From: Cetorhinus maximus
Lineage: Eukaryota
Direction of reading: 5' to 3'
DNA: 64,000 nt
Assembly: GCF_964194155.1 (NCBI RefSeq)
Contig: NC_135903.1
Location: forward strand, 34,038,001-34,102,000
Below the pieces are notes generated by a model that saw only the letters and a list, made by a program, of their open reading frames with translations, ran no database searches and was not told where the DNA came from. Shown piece after piece: positions 11,470 to 22,943 of this stretch (its first letter is position 1; each line of letters begins with the position of its first letter). Made by a program: the position numbers and the translations under genes.

Positions 11470-14400
11470 ATGGCTTTGGCGAGTATCTGGAGATTCTGGA
11501 TGGTGTTGCTCTTCTTGTCCGGGACCCTCAGTCTGGGATGTGAGAGGCTGCAATTACAGCAAGTTCTCAACACAGAGACTCTCAGCAAACTGAATGCAAT
11601 GGTGAGTTGAACCTGCAGCCAGAGCAGGAGGTGAATCACATTGTGTCCATTTGTTTTGAAAAATTATATCAGGAGAAGTCGTTTTCGTCCTTGCAACGGT
11701 TAATTGTCAGCGGACTGCAGTATTTCTGTTTCTCATGTGTTTGAAACAGTGTTTGTCTTTTCTCTCAGGGCGGTCGCTTCCCCCGACAATGTATAAGGGA
11801 AAGGTTGGACCTGAAAACCAAGCCCATGGATCTAGTGAGGCTTTCGGAGGGTTTGCAGGTGAGTGAACACTGGGGCTTATTTTCACTTATACTAACAGAA
11901 TTTTATGTAAAACCAGGTTGAGATCCACAGCCCTCGCCCAGAACGTACATAGCAGGTCGCCCACTGATGTGAAGATGTCGGTAGAGATAAGAGTCAGTTC
12001 CTGCTTAGAGTCAGGATTGATTACGTGCTGCGCAGTTTAAGATCCCTGGAGGGATGTCCACATGTCAGATCCACATCCCTGAAAAACTCAGCAGGTTTGG
12101 CAGCATCGGCGGAGAAGAAAAGAGTTGACGTTTCGAGTCCTCATGACCCTTCGGCAGAACTGAGTAAAGTTAGGAGAGGGGTGAAATATAAACTGGTATA
12201 AGGTGGGGGGTGGGGGCGGGGGAGAGAAGTTGGTGCGATGCGGGGGGTGGGGGGAGTGGTTGTAGGGACAAGCAAGCAGTGATAGGAGCAGATAATCAAA
12301 AGATGTCACAGACAAAAGGATCAAAGGGGTGTTAAAGGTGGTGATATTACCTAAGAAAATGTGCTAATTAAGAATGGATGGCAGGACACTCAAGGTACAG
12401 CTCTAGTGGGGCTGGGGTGGAAAGACTGACGACAGGGTATTACAGTTATAGATTTAAAAATAATGGAAATAGGTGGGAAAAGAAAAATCTATATAAATTA
12501 TTGGACCAAAACAAAAGGGAGGGGGATGAAACGGGAAGGGGGTGGGGATGGGGGAGGGAGTTTAAGATCTAAAGTTTTGAATTCAATATTCAGCCCGGAA
12601 GGCTGTAAAGTGCCTAGTCGGAAGATGAGGTGCTGTTCCTCCAGTTTGCGTTGGGCTTCACTGGAACAATGCAGCAAGCCAAGGACAGATATGTGGGCAA
12701 GAGAGCAGGGTGGAGTGTTAAAATGGCAAGCGACAGGGAGGTTTGGGTCTTTCTTGCGGTCAGACCGCAAGTGTTCTGCAAAGCAGTCACCCAGTTTGCA
12801 TTTGGTCTCTCCAATGTAGAGGAGACTGCATTGGGAGCAACGAATGCAGTGGACTAAATTAGGGGAAATGCAATTGAAATGCTGCTTCACTTGGAAGGAA
12901 TGTTTGGGCCCTTGGACGGTGAGGAAAGAGGAAGTGAAGGGGCAGGTGTTGCATCTTCTGCGTGGGCATGGGTAAGTGCCATAGGTGGGGGGTGAGGAGT
13001 AGGGGGTGATGGAGGAGTGGACCAGGGTGTCCCGGAGGAAACGATCCCTACAGAATGCCGCCAGGGGGGGTGAAGGGAAGATGCGTTTGGTGGTGGCATC
13101 ATGCTGGAGTTGGCAGAAATGGCGGAGGATGATCCTTTGAATGCGGAGGCTGGTGGGGTGATAAGTGAGGACAAGGGGGACCCTATCATGTTTCTGGGAG
13201 GGAGGAGAAGGCATGAGGGTGGATGCACGGGAGATGGGCCGGACACGGTTGAGGGCCCTGTCAACGACCGTGGGTGGAAAACCTCGGTTAAGGAAGAAGG
13301 AGGACATGTCAGAGGAACTGTTTTTGAAGGTAGCATCATCAGAACAGATGTGACGGAGGCAAAGGAACTGAGAGAATGGGATGGAGTCCTTACAGGAAGT
13401 GGGGTGTGAGGAGCTGTAGTCGAGGTAGCTGTGGGAGTCAGTAGGCTTGTAATGGATATTGGTGGACAGTCTATCATCAGAAATTGAGACAGAGAGGTCA
13501 AGGAAGGGAAGGGAAGTGTCAGAGATGGACCATATGAAAATGATGGCCATTAGCTTAGTTGGTTAGTCGAGAATAACGCCACCAGAGCGGGTTCAATTCC
13601 TTTCCCACTGAGGTAGATTTTGAGACCTGCCGCTTTGCCCTGCACCTGACATTGGGAGAAAATGGCAAACCACCACCGACAAATGAAAAACTGCCCAGAA
13701 ATCAGTTCAGGATGAAGAATCAACAGATAACAAGCCAAGGACATGCCTTCTGGCACAGCGCACCTCCCGCTGGCAGGGATACAATCAACTAATTGGCAGT
13801 CAATTAAATATTGAGAAGTCCAAAGACATTCTTTTCAACTACCGCCATTAACTCTGTTCCCTAGTTACTGACTTCAAAGCTCTACCGAACCAATGTCTGA
13901 TACTGACTCAGAATATTGGCCTTCTATTTAACCCACAGCTGAGCTTCCAACACCATCAGCAAGCTAACCTATTTCAACCTTCGTAATATCACCCATCTCT
14001 GCACTTGCCTCAGCTCATCTGATCCTGAAACTTTGATCCATGTATTTCTTCCCCTAGACTCCATTATTCTAATACTCTTCAGGCTGACCTCCCACCTTGC
14101 ACCCTCTATAAACTCGAACTCACTCAATTAACTGCTGCAATATATCTAAACTCTAATATATCTAAATATCCCAACGAGCACAATGTCCTAATCAGCCATC
14201 ACCTCAGTATTCTGAGATCTATTCTGAGGCAATGTAAGATCAAAAGGCAGCTGTAAGCCTCCAACTGGCTCCACAGTGGAAAGAACCTCATTTTGAATTC
14301 GTAAGATGAAAATGCTTTGCCTGATGTTTGGTTAAGTCTGTGCGTTTCTGGTGCCTTAATGGAGATTAGTTTGGGAATCTGTTTAAAATTATGATGGTAG

Positions 14401-15769
14401 TAATTTGTAGCCATGTGTGCATATTTTAACCTGTGTAAATGAATAAAATATTTCAATTAGTTTCATGTAAAACCTCAAGAACTGGTGGTCTGATTCCTGA
14501 ATTTAGAGTTGTATCTCAAACATAACACTTAAAATGATAGGTTATTACAGTTGTTTAAAGTTTTCCTCAGGGACTTTTAAATAACTCAGCTGCACCAACT
14601 GCATCGCCCCAGCTTCCAAACCAGCAACATCTCTTTTTTTATATACTCATGCTGGTTTTGCCCCTTGCATTTTTTGTAACTTCCTCCAGGCCCCAACAAC
14701 CCTTCCAGATCTCTGTGTTACATCCAATGTTCTCATCATGCTCATTCCAGATGTTCATTGCTCCATCACTGTGTAGCTGTGCCTTCATCTGTCTGGCCCT
14801 TAAGCTCTGGAATTAACTCCTTCCTAACTCTCTCTCCTCTGTAATTGCCTCCTAAAAGCCTAACTCTGAGCAAACATTCCACCTCCTTTTGTGGCTGGGT
14901 GTAAATTTTCTTTGATAATGCCCCTGTGAACCTTCTTGAGGTTTTTCACTATGTTAAATGTCCTACATAAATGCAAGTTGTTATTGTTGGTATCATGGGA
15001 CCAATTGGAACTGTACATAGACTGGTCTAAATGGGGTGTGATGTCACCATCAGCAGAGAGTCTCAAAGTGTTTGGCCAGGTGATAGATCTTCAGTGCCAG
15101 TTGGACTGTAGAGTTTGCATCAGTACTAGCCTGTACCACCTAGTAACTACATTTCAGGGAATATAATAATCAGTTAAATAGAGGCAGCAACTTTATTGAT
15201 GTGATGTAATTAGTCACTTTCTCCTGAGCAACAGCAAGGATTAACTGTGAAATTTGCACCAACCCTGACTGGTTACACAGGAACAGGTCCTCTCTAATGT
15301 CCTTGTGAATATTTCTCACAGGCCCAGGACAGGATCCAGATTGTCCATCAAACCCTGCGTCACATCAGTAAGATCTACAGCATGAACCTGGGCTCAGTCA
15401 CGTGGCCCCGAGACAAGGTGGAAAACGTCCGGCTTCTCCTGGATCGGCAGCTCAGCGAGCTGGAAGAATGTGTCAGGGAACCAGGGTCAGAGCACAAGAT
15501 GAGGAGAAACTCCGCCATTCAAAAATACTTCAGGAAACTTCGAAAGTTTCTCAAACAGAAGGTGAGACAATAAATAATTGACAGTGTGATTACTGCCATG
15601 TCGTTCATTCAGCTGCATTTAAATCTGTTCATTCTCTAATGAGGTTTCCTGAATGATTTCTCTTTTTCAGGGATTCAGTGACTGTGCCTGGGAAATAATC
15701 CGCACTGAGACCAGGACCCGTTTACAACAGCTCCTTTTCGTAACGGCACAAATCAACAGAAGAAACTGA
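11470..15769 (+). CDS. IFN1: Type I interferon gene A, 4 exons: 11470-11601, 11769-11858, 15322-15561, 15671-15769 (186 aa); the divergent paralog
   Basis: Spliced translation MALASIWRFWMVLLFLSGTLSLG|CERLQ...NAM / GGRFPRQC...EGLQ / AQDRIQIVHQTL...EECV...YFRKLRKFLKQK / GFSDCAWEIIRTETR...RRN*. GT-AG phase-0 introns, hydrophobic signal peptide, 4 Cys, CAWE motif of type I IFNs. Confidence 0.93.
12082..13547 (-). mobile_element. 5'-truncated Penelope-like retroelement in intron 2 of gene A
   Basis: Open 350-aa frame: FLDLSV..YKPTDSHSYL..SSHP (RT thumb), CxxC linker and GIY-YIG endonuclease (VHCIRC..LYIGET..EH). Confidence 0.9.
12123..12161 (-). ncRNA. Minimal hammerhead-ribozyme-like motif of the Penelope element (variant core)
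   Basis: Minus strand AGUU CUGCCGA A GGGUC AUGAG GACUC GAAA CG UC AACU: stem I AGUU/AACU, stem II GGGUC/GACUC, palindromic ACGU stem III; core is CUGCCGA rather than CUGANGA. Confidence 0.65.
13548..13770 (+). mobile_element. tRNA-derived SINE-like element
   Basis: A-box-like TAGCTTAGTTGG and B-box GGTTCAATTCC; body contains GAAAATGGCAAACCAC. Confidence 0.5.
13900..14990 (+). mobile_element. Old L2-like LINE 3' remnant interrupted by an LTR-like block (about 14230-14605)
   Basis: Ends with an L2-type tail (..CCTGTGAA..TAAATGCAAGTTGTTATTGTTG); highly degenerate. Confidence 0.5.
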
Positions 15770-16864
15770 AAAAATTCCAGTAGTAGAGACTAAATTAATT
15801 TATTTAAATTACCTCCTATTTATAAAAATAATTATATCTTATTGTATTTTATTGTATTGCTGAGATGACACTTTGATGCTTGGTGGCCGATGGAGAGCAA
15901 AGAATATCTTGATGCCACTTTATATTTGATTATTTGTTTCAATTTATTGATAGTTCTCGCTCTGATATTTTTCTGTGTTGAAATGTTAAATGTTTCACGA
16001 GGGGAAAAATCTGAGGAAAAATGCTATTTCTGTCCCTCCCTTTATTGGCTGGCAGTGGCTGCAATAACAGTTTCATTTCACCTTTGCTCTGTTAAGCACC
16101 TGATTCCAGTGGTTGGATATCCAGCGTAGATTCTCTGAACTGGCCCACGTAGCTTGCTCCTAATGCTCCTTATCTTATCTGCATTGAGTTAAACTGAATG
16201 CCATGATGCCTTTCTGCAATAGATGTTACGGTTTTTAAGGTGTAAAATCAAAAATGAAAAGAAGGAACTGAAGATTTTTCAATGACAAGTTTTATACAGA
16301 TTGAAAAGATAATAAGTTATTTTAGAGTCCTCACTTTTTAAAGAAGTATAATATTTTATGCATACAGAATGCAAAGTATCATTAATTATAAAGTTCTGTC
16401 AGCTTGGCTCAATGCTGGCACTCTGAGGCAGAAAGTGGTAGGTTCAAACCCCACTCCAAAGGTTTAATTTCCATTGAGTTTTATGAAGCTCCTTATCCAA
16501 CTGCTGGACTTCCAGTGACAATTCTGCACTGGAAATGGTCTGGCCATTCCACAACTCTGGTTTCCAGGTTACTCTCAGGCTCAAGGGTGGGGTTGCAGCC
16601 CAATGACCACTGACCTTATTCCTGTTCCACAGTAACCTTTACATTTCTGCTCTCCAAGACGTCAACACTGCAACTAATTCCACGTCATTTTAATGTATTG
16701 ATATTTATCATTGTGATGCCTTTGTGTAATGAATTGCTACAGTTTTATACAATGTATGAAGTGAGTTCAAAAAGAAATGTTAATTTATTGATATTTAAGA
16801 TTTGCGAAATTAGTGTTTTTTTTATAAAACTGAAAACTTTTTATGTTGAAGGAAAGCATGTTTG

Positions 16865-17430
16865 TAATAGCTCAAATCAGCAGAAGAAACTGAAAAAGAC
16901 ATGTTTACTACAGGCTGGGAGCAATGAATATTTATTTTTAAAAACTTTCAATTTAAAGCTATTTCCATATATATTTGTAACAAATTTTATATTTTATTGT
17001 ACTGATCACAGAACAATCAGTGACATGATGGTATTATTTATTTTATTTATTGATTGATATTTATTGCTGTGACATTTTCACCTGATGTAATCCTAAACCT
17101 TCAGTGGCTGGGGTGTCTGCTCTGGAATTTACTGTCAGGCTTTCAAGATATGGGTTTGCAGACCTATAAACCCTGGGCTGCACTGACCTTTCCATTTCTC
17201 CCTTCCTAAGTTAAGTGGCCAACTTTCCAATCTATTTCAGCCACTGTAATTTATTGATCTTTATTGTTGTGATGTCTTCATATAATGAAATATTACAGTG
17301 TTATACAATGTATAACGTGAGTTTTTCACAATAACTTATTTAATGATATTTATTAAGATTTGGGGAACACACAATGTTTTTTGTAACTGGAAAATTTTAT
17401 ATACAATGAGAGCCTTTTCCTGTAAATAAA
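16865..17430 (+). pseudogene. Stub of interferon exon 4 end plus 3'UTR of a B-type gene
   Basis: ATAGCTCAAATCAGCAGAAGAAACTGA (IAQISRRN*) followed by sequence matching the 3'UTR at 26394-26930, including AATAAA at 17425. Confidence 0.8.
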
Positions 17431-17959
17431 TTATTTTCAATATTACGCATTAACTGAAATGATGTTCGTTTGTCAGTTCTGTGGATTGGTTTTCCATACT
17501 CTGTATAAATGCTCTGGGTTCTCTTACCTGCTGCCTCTTCCTGTCAGTCCTTCTCTGTTCTCCTCTCCTTTCTCCACAATTGGATTTTCCCTCACCCGTT
17601 GGAACTGTGACCACATTGTGAACCAAACAGGCCTGATTTATCATCTTTTAACCCTCTGCTTCTCAAGGCCATATTCCAGCTCCAAATGAGAGAGGACTGA
17701 ACGTTATGTTCAGGACAGACAAGTGGAAAATGGAGGCAATAATTGGAAATGGACAGATGGAGAAATGGAATAGTTGGATGTAGGAGATGACTGGAGTGTC
17801 AGCCATAGTGAAGATATGGGGACAACAGACAATGGGGTTAAAAGTGACATCAGGCAATGAGTAGGAAGGAGATGACTGGAGAGTGGGGATGAAAATCTCT
17901 TATTTCGCATTGTGGTTTACACCTTCTGAAAATCTGCATGTTAAACACTGTCTGCATTA

Positions 17960-18750
17960 CATAAGAACAGAAAAAAAATAGAAGGATTAGGCCATTTGGC
18001 CACTCAAGCCTGCTCCACCATTCAATAATATTCTGACTGATTTGATTGTGGCCTGAAATTCACTTCCCTGCCTTCCACCCATAACATTTGACTCCTTTGT
18101 TGATCAAATTCTATATAACTCAGTTTTGGATATATTCAGTAACCCAACCTCTACTGTTCTCTGGGGTGAAGAAATTCAAAGGTTAATGACACTCGGCACA
18201 AAAGAAATCCTCCTCATCTCCATGTCACATGCAGTTGCCGTACTCTGAAACTGTGACCCTGAATCCCCCTCCCGCCCTCACCCCATTCCAGATTCCTCCA
18301 GAGAGGAAATATCTCAATACCTACCCGTTCAAATCTCCTCACAATCTGAAATGATTCAATGACATCACCTCTCATTCTTCAAAACTCGAAGGAGTATAGG
18401 CTCAACCTGGTTAAGTTTGCTTCATAAACCAACTTCTCTTTCCAGGAATCAACCTGGTGAACCCTCTCTGAAGTGTCTCCAATGCAAGTTAATCGCTGCT
18501 TAAATAAGGAGACCAAAGCTGTACATAGTACTCCAGGCCTGGTCTCACAAATGGCCTGTAGAGTTGAAGCAAAACTTCCCTAATTGTATTCTTCATCCTC
18601 TTTGCAATAAAGGACAACATACCATTTACCTTTCCAATTAATTGCTCTACCTGTTTGCTAAATTTTCATTGCTCAGGTCCAAGGACACCCAGGTCCCTCT
18701 GCACTGAAAGATTCTGTGTTCTTTCTCCATTTAAACAACATTCTGACTTT
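17960..18750 (-). mobile_element. CR1 3' remnant embedded in every IFN 3'-flank copy
   Basis: Minus-strand LLQLYRPFVRPDLEY and RMRGDVIE motifs in the paralogous copies near 27450-28220, 31260-32030, 38800-39560, 42600-43380, 49250-50000, 53010-53780 and 62740-63490. Confidence 0.8.
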
Positions 18751-19764
18751 CTGCTGGGCACAGCAACGGCTAACTTGTGTCTTAAATTACATCAGTCACT
18801 ATATATCTAAAGTACTTTATAAGCTGTTGAGTGCTTTGAGACACCTGTGGTCAGGAAGGGCACAATGTGAATGCAAGCCTGTTTTGAAAAAAATATCATC
18901 GAGAAAGCTGGGCCTACACACAAAACTGCCCTCACTCCAGGGTGAATTTATCAGCAGTGCAGTTGTTTACAGGCCTTCCAAAGGGCCCCAAAAAATAAAC
19001 TGGATGATTTGGGTTTGAGTACAGCAACAGACATGTGTTAAAAGGTTTGCAAAGCAACTTTATTAATTTACAAATACAATAACTATTGCATTCCAATTCC
19101 AAAAAAGTGGGAATGAACCAATCCAATTTCCATCACCATTAATTTCTACAAAACAGCAAAGGTTGCTTCCCATTCAAGGGACAAGCATACTGACTTGGAA
19201 CTATTTACCATTTCTTCACTGTTACTGGCTAACACTCCTGGAAAACCCTTCCCAACACCTCTGTAAATTCACCTACACCACATGAACGGCAGCAGTTCAG
19301 GTGTTCAAGGGGGCGGTTCATCACCACCTTCTGTCGGGTAATTAGGGAGGAGCAACAAATTCTGGCCTTTCCAGAGACGCCCACGTTCCATCAAGGAAGA
19401 AATGAAGCCAAATTATGCAAAAGTAGCTGTGAATGATCCGCATATTTTAGTAATGTAAAAATGCACACGCTCCCGTAGGTCCTTCCTATTTCCTCTAATG
19501 TCACTCGCCAGTGTTTTTAATATTCTTCCTTCAGTTCCCTGACCCTCCTTCCGCCTCCGCCTTCAATAATTACAATTCCCACTGTTCTATTCGCCAATAA
19601 CAGCATTGTTGTAAATTGTAGTTTCTCGCGTGTCTCCAGTTGGGGAATGTGGGATCCCGCTCCCACATCCACCCGGACGGTAGATTTTGGTTACACTTCC
19701 AGCTGAGAGGGATTTGGTGACATTTCCTATGTACCCGGGCATTTACCGAATACCCTAAAGCTTT

Positions 19765-20793
19765 TCCCAACTGCCCCTCACCCCTCTCAGTCTGATCCAC
19801 CCTCTTTACAAACCCTCCTCCCTTTCGGAAATGACAAAACACGTCACTTTCCTTCAGGCACTTTCGCTTTGGGATGAAATGGACACCAGGTTAATTTCCA
19901 GAGAGAAAGTGACACGGACACTTTCCCGGGAGAGAGACAAGAAAGAAAGGATGAAAGAAAAGAGAGCGGGATCACTTTCGGACTCAGAATCGGAGCAGAT
20001 CAAATATTCTTTCAATCCGACTCTGAAAATGGCTCCAGAAAACAACCGAGAAATGAGAAACTTCTCCCAGTTAAAGAGCAGATTGTGGGACAGGTCAATC
20101 GGAGCGGAGTCTGTCCCCATGAAGCGGTGTCCCTGGGCTGTGAGCCGAGCTGTCTGCAATGTCCAGCCTGTGAAGTGTGAACAGGACAAGCGCCAGGTGA
20201 ACACACCGCGGGGACACAGTGGATTTCAAAGGGAATCGCTCTTCATGGGGCCCAATGTCAGCACTAAAAGCCGCCGCACCGGATCACCGCTGTCGCTCTC
20301 TCTATAATCCGGATGATAAAATCCAGCCCCCGATACATGTTCACACTGCCCCCAATTCAGAGCCTCCCTCTACACCACCTTCGTGCCCCAGGTGAGCTGA
20401 AGCCACACAACACTGAGCTGGAACCGAGCGCTGCCTGTGATTTTCAACCGGGGATTTTCCACTCGCTGCTTCCGGAATCTCCAGCTTTTACATTCCTGAC
20501 CTCAGAAAGGAAACCGGACAAACTATTGATCTCCCGCAGCTCTTCCAAAAATCCTCGAGCCCGTTTTCACTTTTCGAATGTAATGCCACACATTAAAGCC
20601 GACAGCATGGCAGCGCCAGTGAGAGCACCGAGCAGACTCCACACTCACACTCACACCGTTCGGCAGCACAGGCGCTCGCTCCCGGATCACAAGCGGCTCC
20701 GATTCCACTTTCCCAGTTTAAATCCGCCGCGGAATCACGAAGCCGTCGGTTTCTCATCTTTCACATCGGTGTTTCACTCTGGGTCGCTTGATC
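19765..20793 (+). promoter_or_regulatory. IFN promoter type A copy
   Basis: Near-identical to 10440-11469; kB site at 20450-20460. Confidence 0.72.
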
Positions 20794-20925
20794 ATGGCTT
20801 TGGCGAGTATCTGGAGATTCTGGATGGTGTTGCTCTTCTTGTCCGGGACCATCAGTCTGGGATGTGACAGGCTGCAGTTACAGCAAGTTCTCAACACAGA
20901 GACTCTCAGCAAACTGAATGCAATG
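20794..20925 (+). CDS. Extra interferon exon 1 (signal peptide + first helix) upstream of gene B; alternative first exon or truncated gene
   Basis: MALASIWRFWMVLLFLSGTISLGCDRLQLQQVLNTETLSKLNAM with intact GTGAGT donor; homology to intron 1 stops about 12 nt later; no exon 2 before the next exon 1. Confidence 0.75.
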
Positions 20926-21224
20926 GTGAGTTGAACCCAAAACACCGAGTCGGTAATTAGGTTGAGGGGAGACAGGGAATCAGCCTCCAGGAGAGATTAA
21001 ATCTGGATTTGGGTGAAGGAACAAATGGGATCTGAGAGGAAATTGGAAAGCAGACATTGAGGAGGAGGGCGCTCAATGACGGAAGAAGCGGAATGTGAAC
21101 CTGAAGGGGGAGAGGGGGCAAATCAGAGACAGCCCATCAGTAACAACCATTCAGAATAATAGAGCGACTTTAAGGTCTCAAGGTGCCTCACGGGAATGTT
21201 ATACAGCAACATTTGTTGTGGTGG

Positions 21225-21930
21225 GCACAGCAAGATTTCAAACTTTGCAGATGATACAAATTTTGGAAATGTTGTCAACTGTGATGCGGATGGTGCTGAA
21301 CTTAAAAACGACGTTGGCATGTTTGTGGATTGGGCAGACAAGTGGCAGATGAAGTTCAATGTAGAGAAATGTGAGGTGATACGTTTTGGGAGGCAAGATA
21401 AGGCGAGACCTTATAAAATAAAGGGAGTGACTCTACAGGATGTGCAGGAACAGAGGGACCTCGGTGTATATGCGGATTGGTCATTGAAGATGGCAGGGCA
21501 TATTGAGAGCAGTTAATAAAGAATATACTAGCATAGGCTTTATTAATTGTGGCGTTGAGTAGAAGAGAAAAGAGGTCATGTCGAACTTGTATAAGACACC
21601 AGTTAGGCATCATCTGGAGTACTGTTCTGGGCACCATACTTGAGGAAGGATGTGAGGGTATTGGTGAGAGTACAGAGGAGGTTAACAAGAATCATTCCCA
21701 GGATAACGAACTGTAGCTACGCGGGAGGATTGGAGAGGTTGTCACTGTTTTCCTTGGAGAAAAGAATGTGGAGATTAGGCTTAATTGAGGAACTCAAGAT
21801 ACCCTGTGGGGTATGGACAGCGTAAATAATAAGAAACCGTCTCCACGAAAGCGAACATCAAGAAATATAGGGCACAGGTTGAAAATAGTTGGCAAAGGGA
21901 GTAAATGTGATATGAGGAGCAATTTTTGAA
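21225..21930 (+). mobile_element. CR1 RT remnant between exon 1a and promoter B (copy at about 56495-57200)
   Basis: SNFADDT, WADKWQMKFNVEKCEV, EQRDLGV motifs. Confidence 0.85.
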
Positions 21931-22540
21931 CCCAGGGTGTGATTGGAGCAAACTTCACACAGTGCTTTCAATATTTGAAAATGTGGATGAGAATTTTAAA
22001 ATGAAGGTATTTCTTATCCAGGAGACTGACGCTGTGTTTTGTTTGATCTCCCTGAGGGGATGCATGTCGAACAGAAATAGAAAGGGACCTAAAATAGATT
22101 CTTGGGGACACAGAGGCTAAACGTTGGGGCTGGGTGGGTGATGTTGTTAAGAGATGCCATTCTGGGGGTTTACAGTCTGCATTTAGACAGTGGGAGCCAG
22201 GCAGTGTATCCCCAACCAGCAGGCCCATGGTGGAGAAAGTTGAATTCTGATGTTCATGTCGACTATGTCACAGGACTAGAAGGAGGAGAATGTTTTACAT
22301 ATGTCACGGGCATGTTGAATGTAATTTATGAATTTGCCTATCACCTTATGGAGATCTTGTGATGCAATGGGTCGGACCTGCTTTCAGGCAGAGAACTCAA
22401 GAACAAGTACAGCCTTATAATCTATCAATGTAACCAAATGCCCCTTCATTGCCCCCTTAATGCGAATCCGTTCAATTTGGAGGAAGCATGATAATTTTCC
22501 CAAAACATTGTTAAAACTGTTGATCCAAATTTCTAGAACT

Positions 22541-22943
22541 TTGAGCTGGAACCGAGCGCGGGTTGTGATGTTCTCTCGGGCATCTTACAGTCACTGGATC
22601 AGGAATCTCCAGATTTCAGGTTCCTTATCTCAGACAGGGAGCAGACAAACTCTTCCTCTCCTGAAGTCCTTCCAAAACTCCAGCAACCAGATTTCACTTT
22701 TCGAGTGTAATAGCAACATCGCCAGTCTCCCCTCTTCACAGCGACAGCAACTCCCAGCACAATTCTCACACAAACATACACAAACAGGACTGGACATTCA
22801 GGCGGTCGCTCCGGCTTCACAAGCGGCAGCATTTCCACTCCTCGTGTTTCATTCGCTTCAAAGGAATAGACTTTCGGTGTGGTCCCAGATCCGCTCAGTG
22901 TCTGATCCTCAGCTCGGGGTGTTTCACTCTGGGTCGCTTGATC
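22541..22943 (+). promoter_or_regulatory. IFN promoter type B (diverged paralog of the proximal type A promoter)
   Basis: Shares TGAGCTGGAACCGAGCGC, GGAATCTCCAG and TTTCACTTTTC (22692-22702) with type A; kB site degenerate; unrelated further upstream. Confidence 0.65.

Noticed and set aside
10507-11543. Recurrent 158-aa and 184-aa ORFs (MTKHVTF.., MIKSSPR..) and the antisense 116-aa ORF in five copies
   Set aside because: They recur only because the promoter is duplicated. There is no recognisable domain, the 158-aa ORF has a stop in the copy near 44804, the 184-aa ORF is frameshifted near 55980, and it overlaps exon 1 out of frame.
13548-13605. Possible tRNA gene
   Set aside because: It has A/B boxes but no complete cloverleaf and continues into a repeat body, which fits a SINE head.
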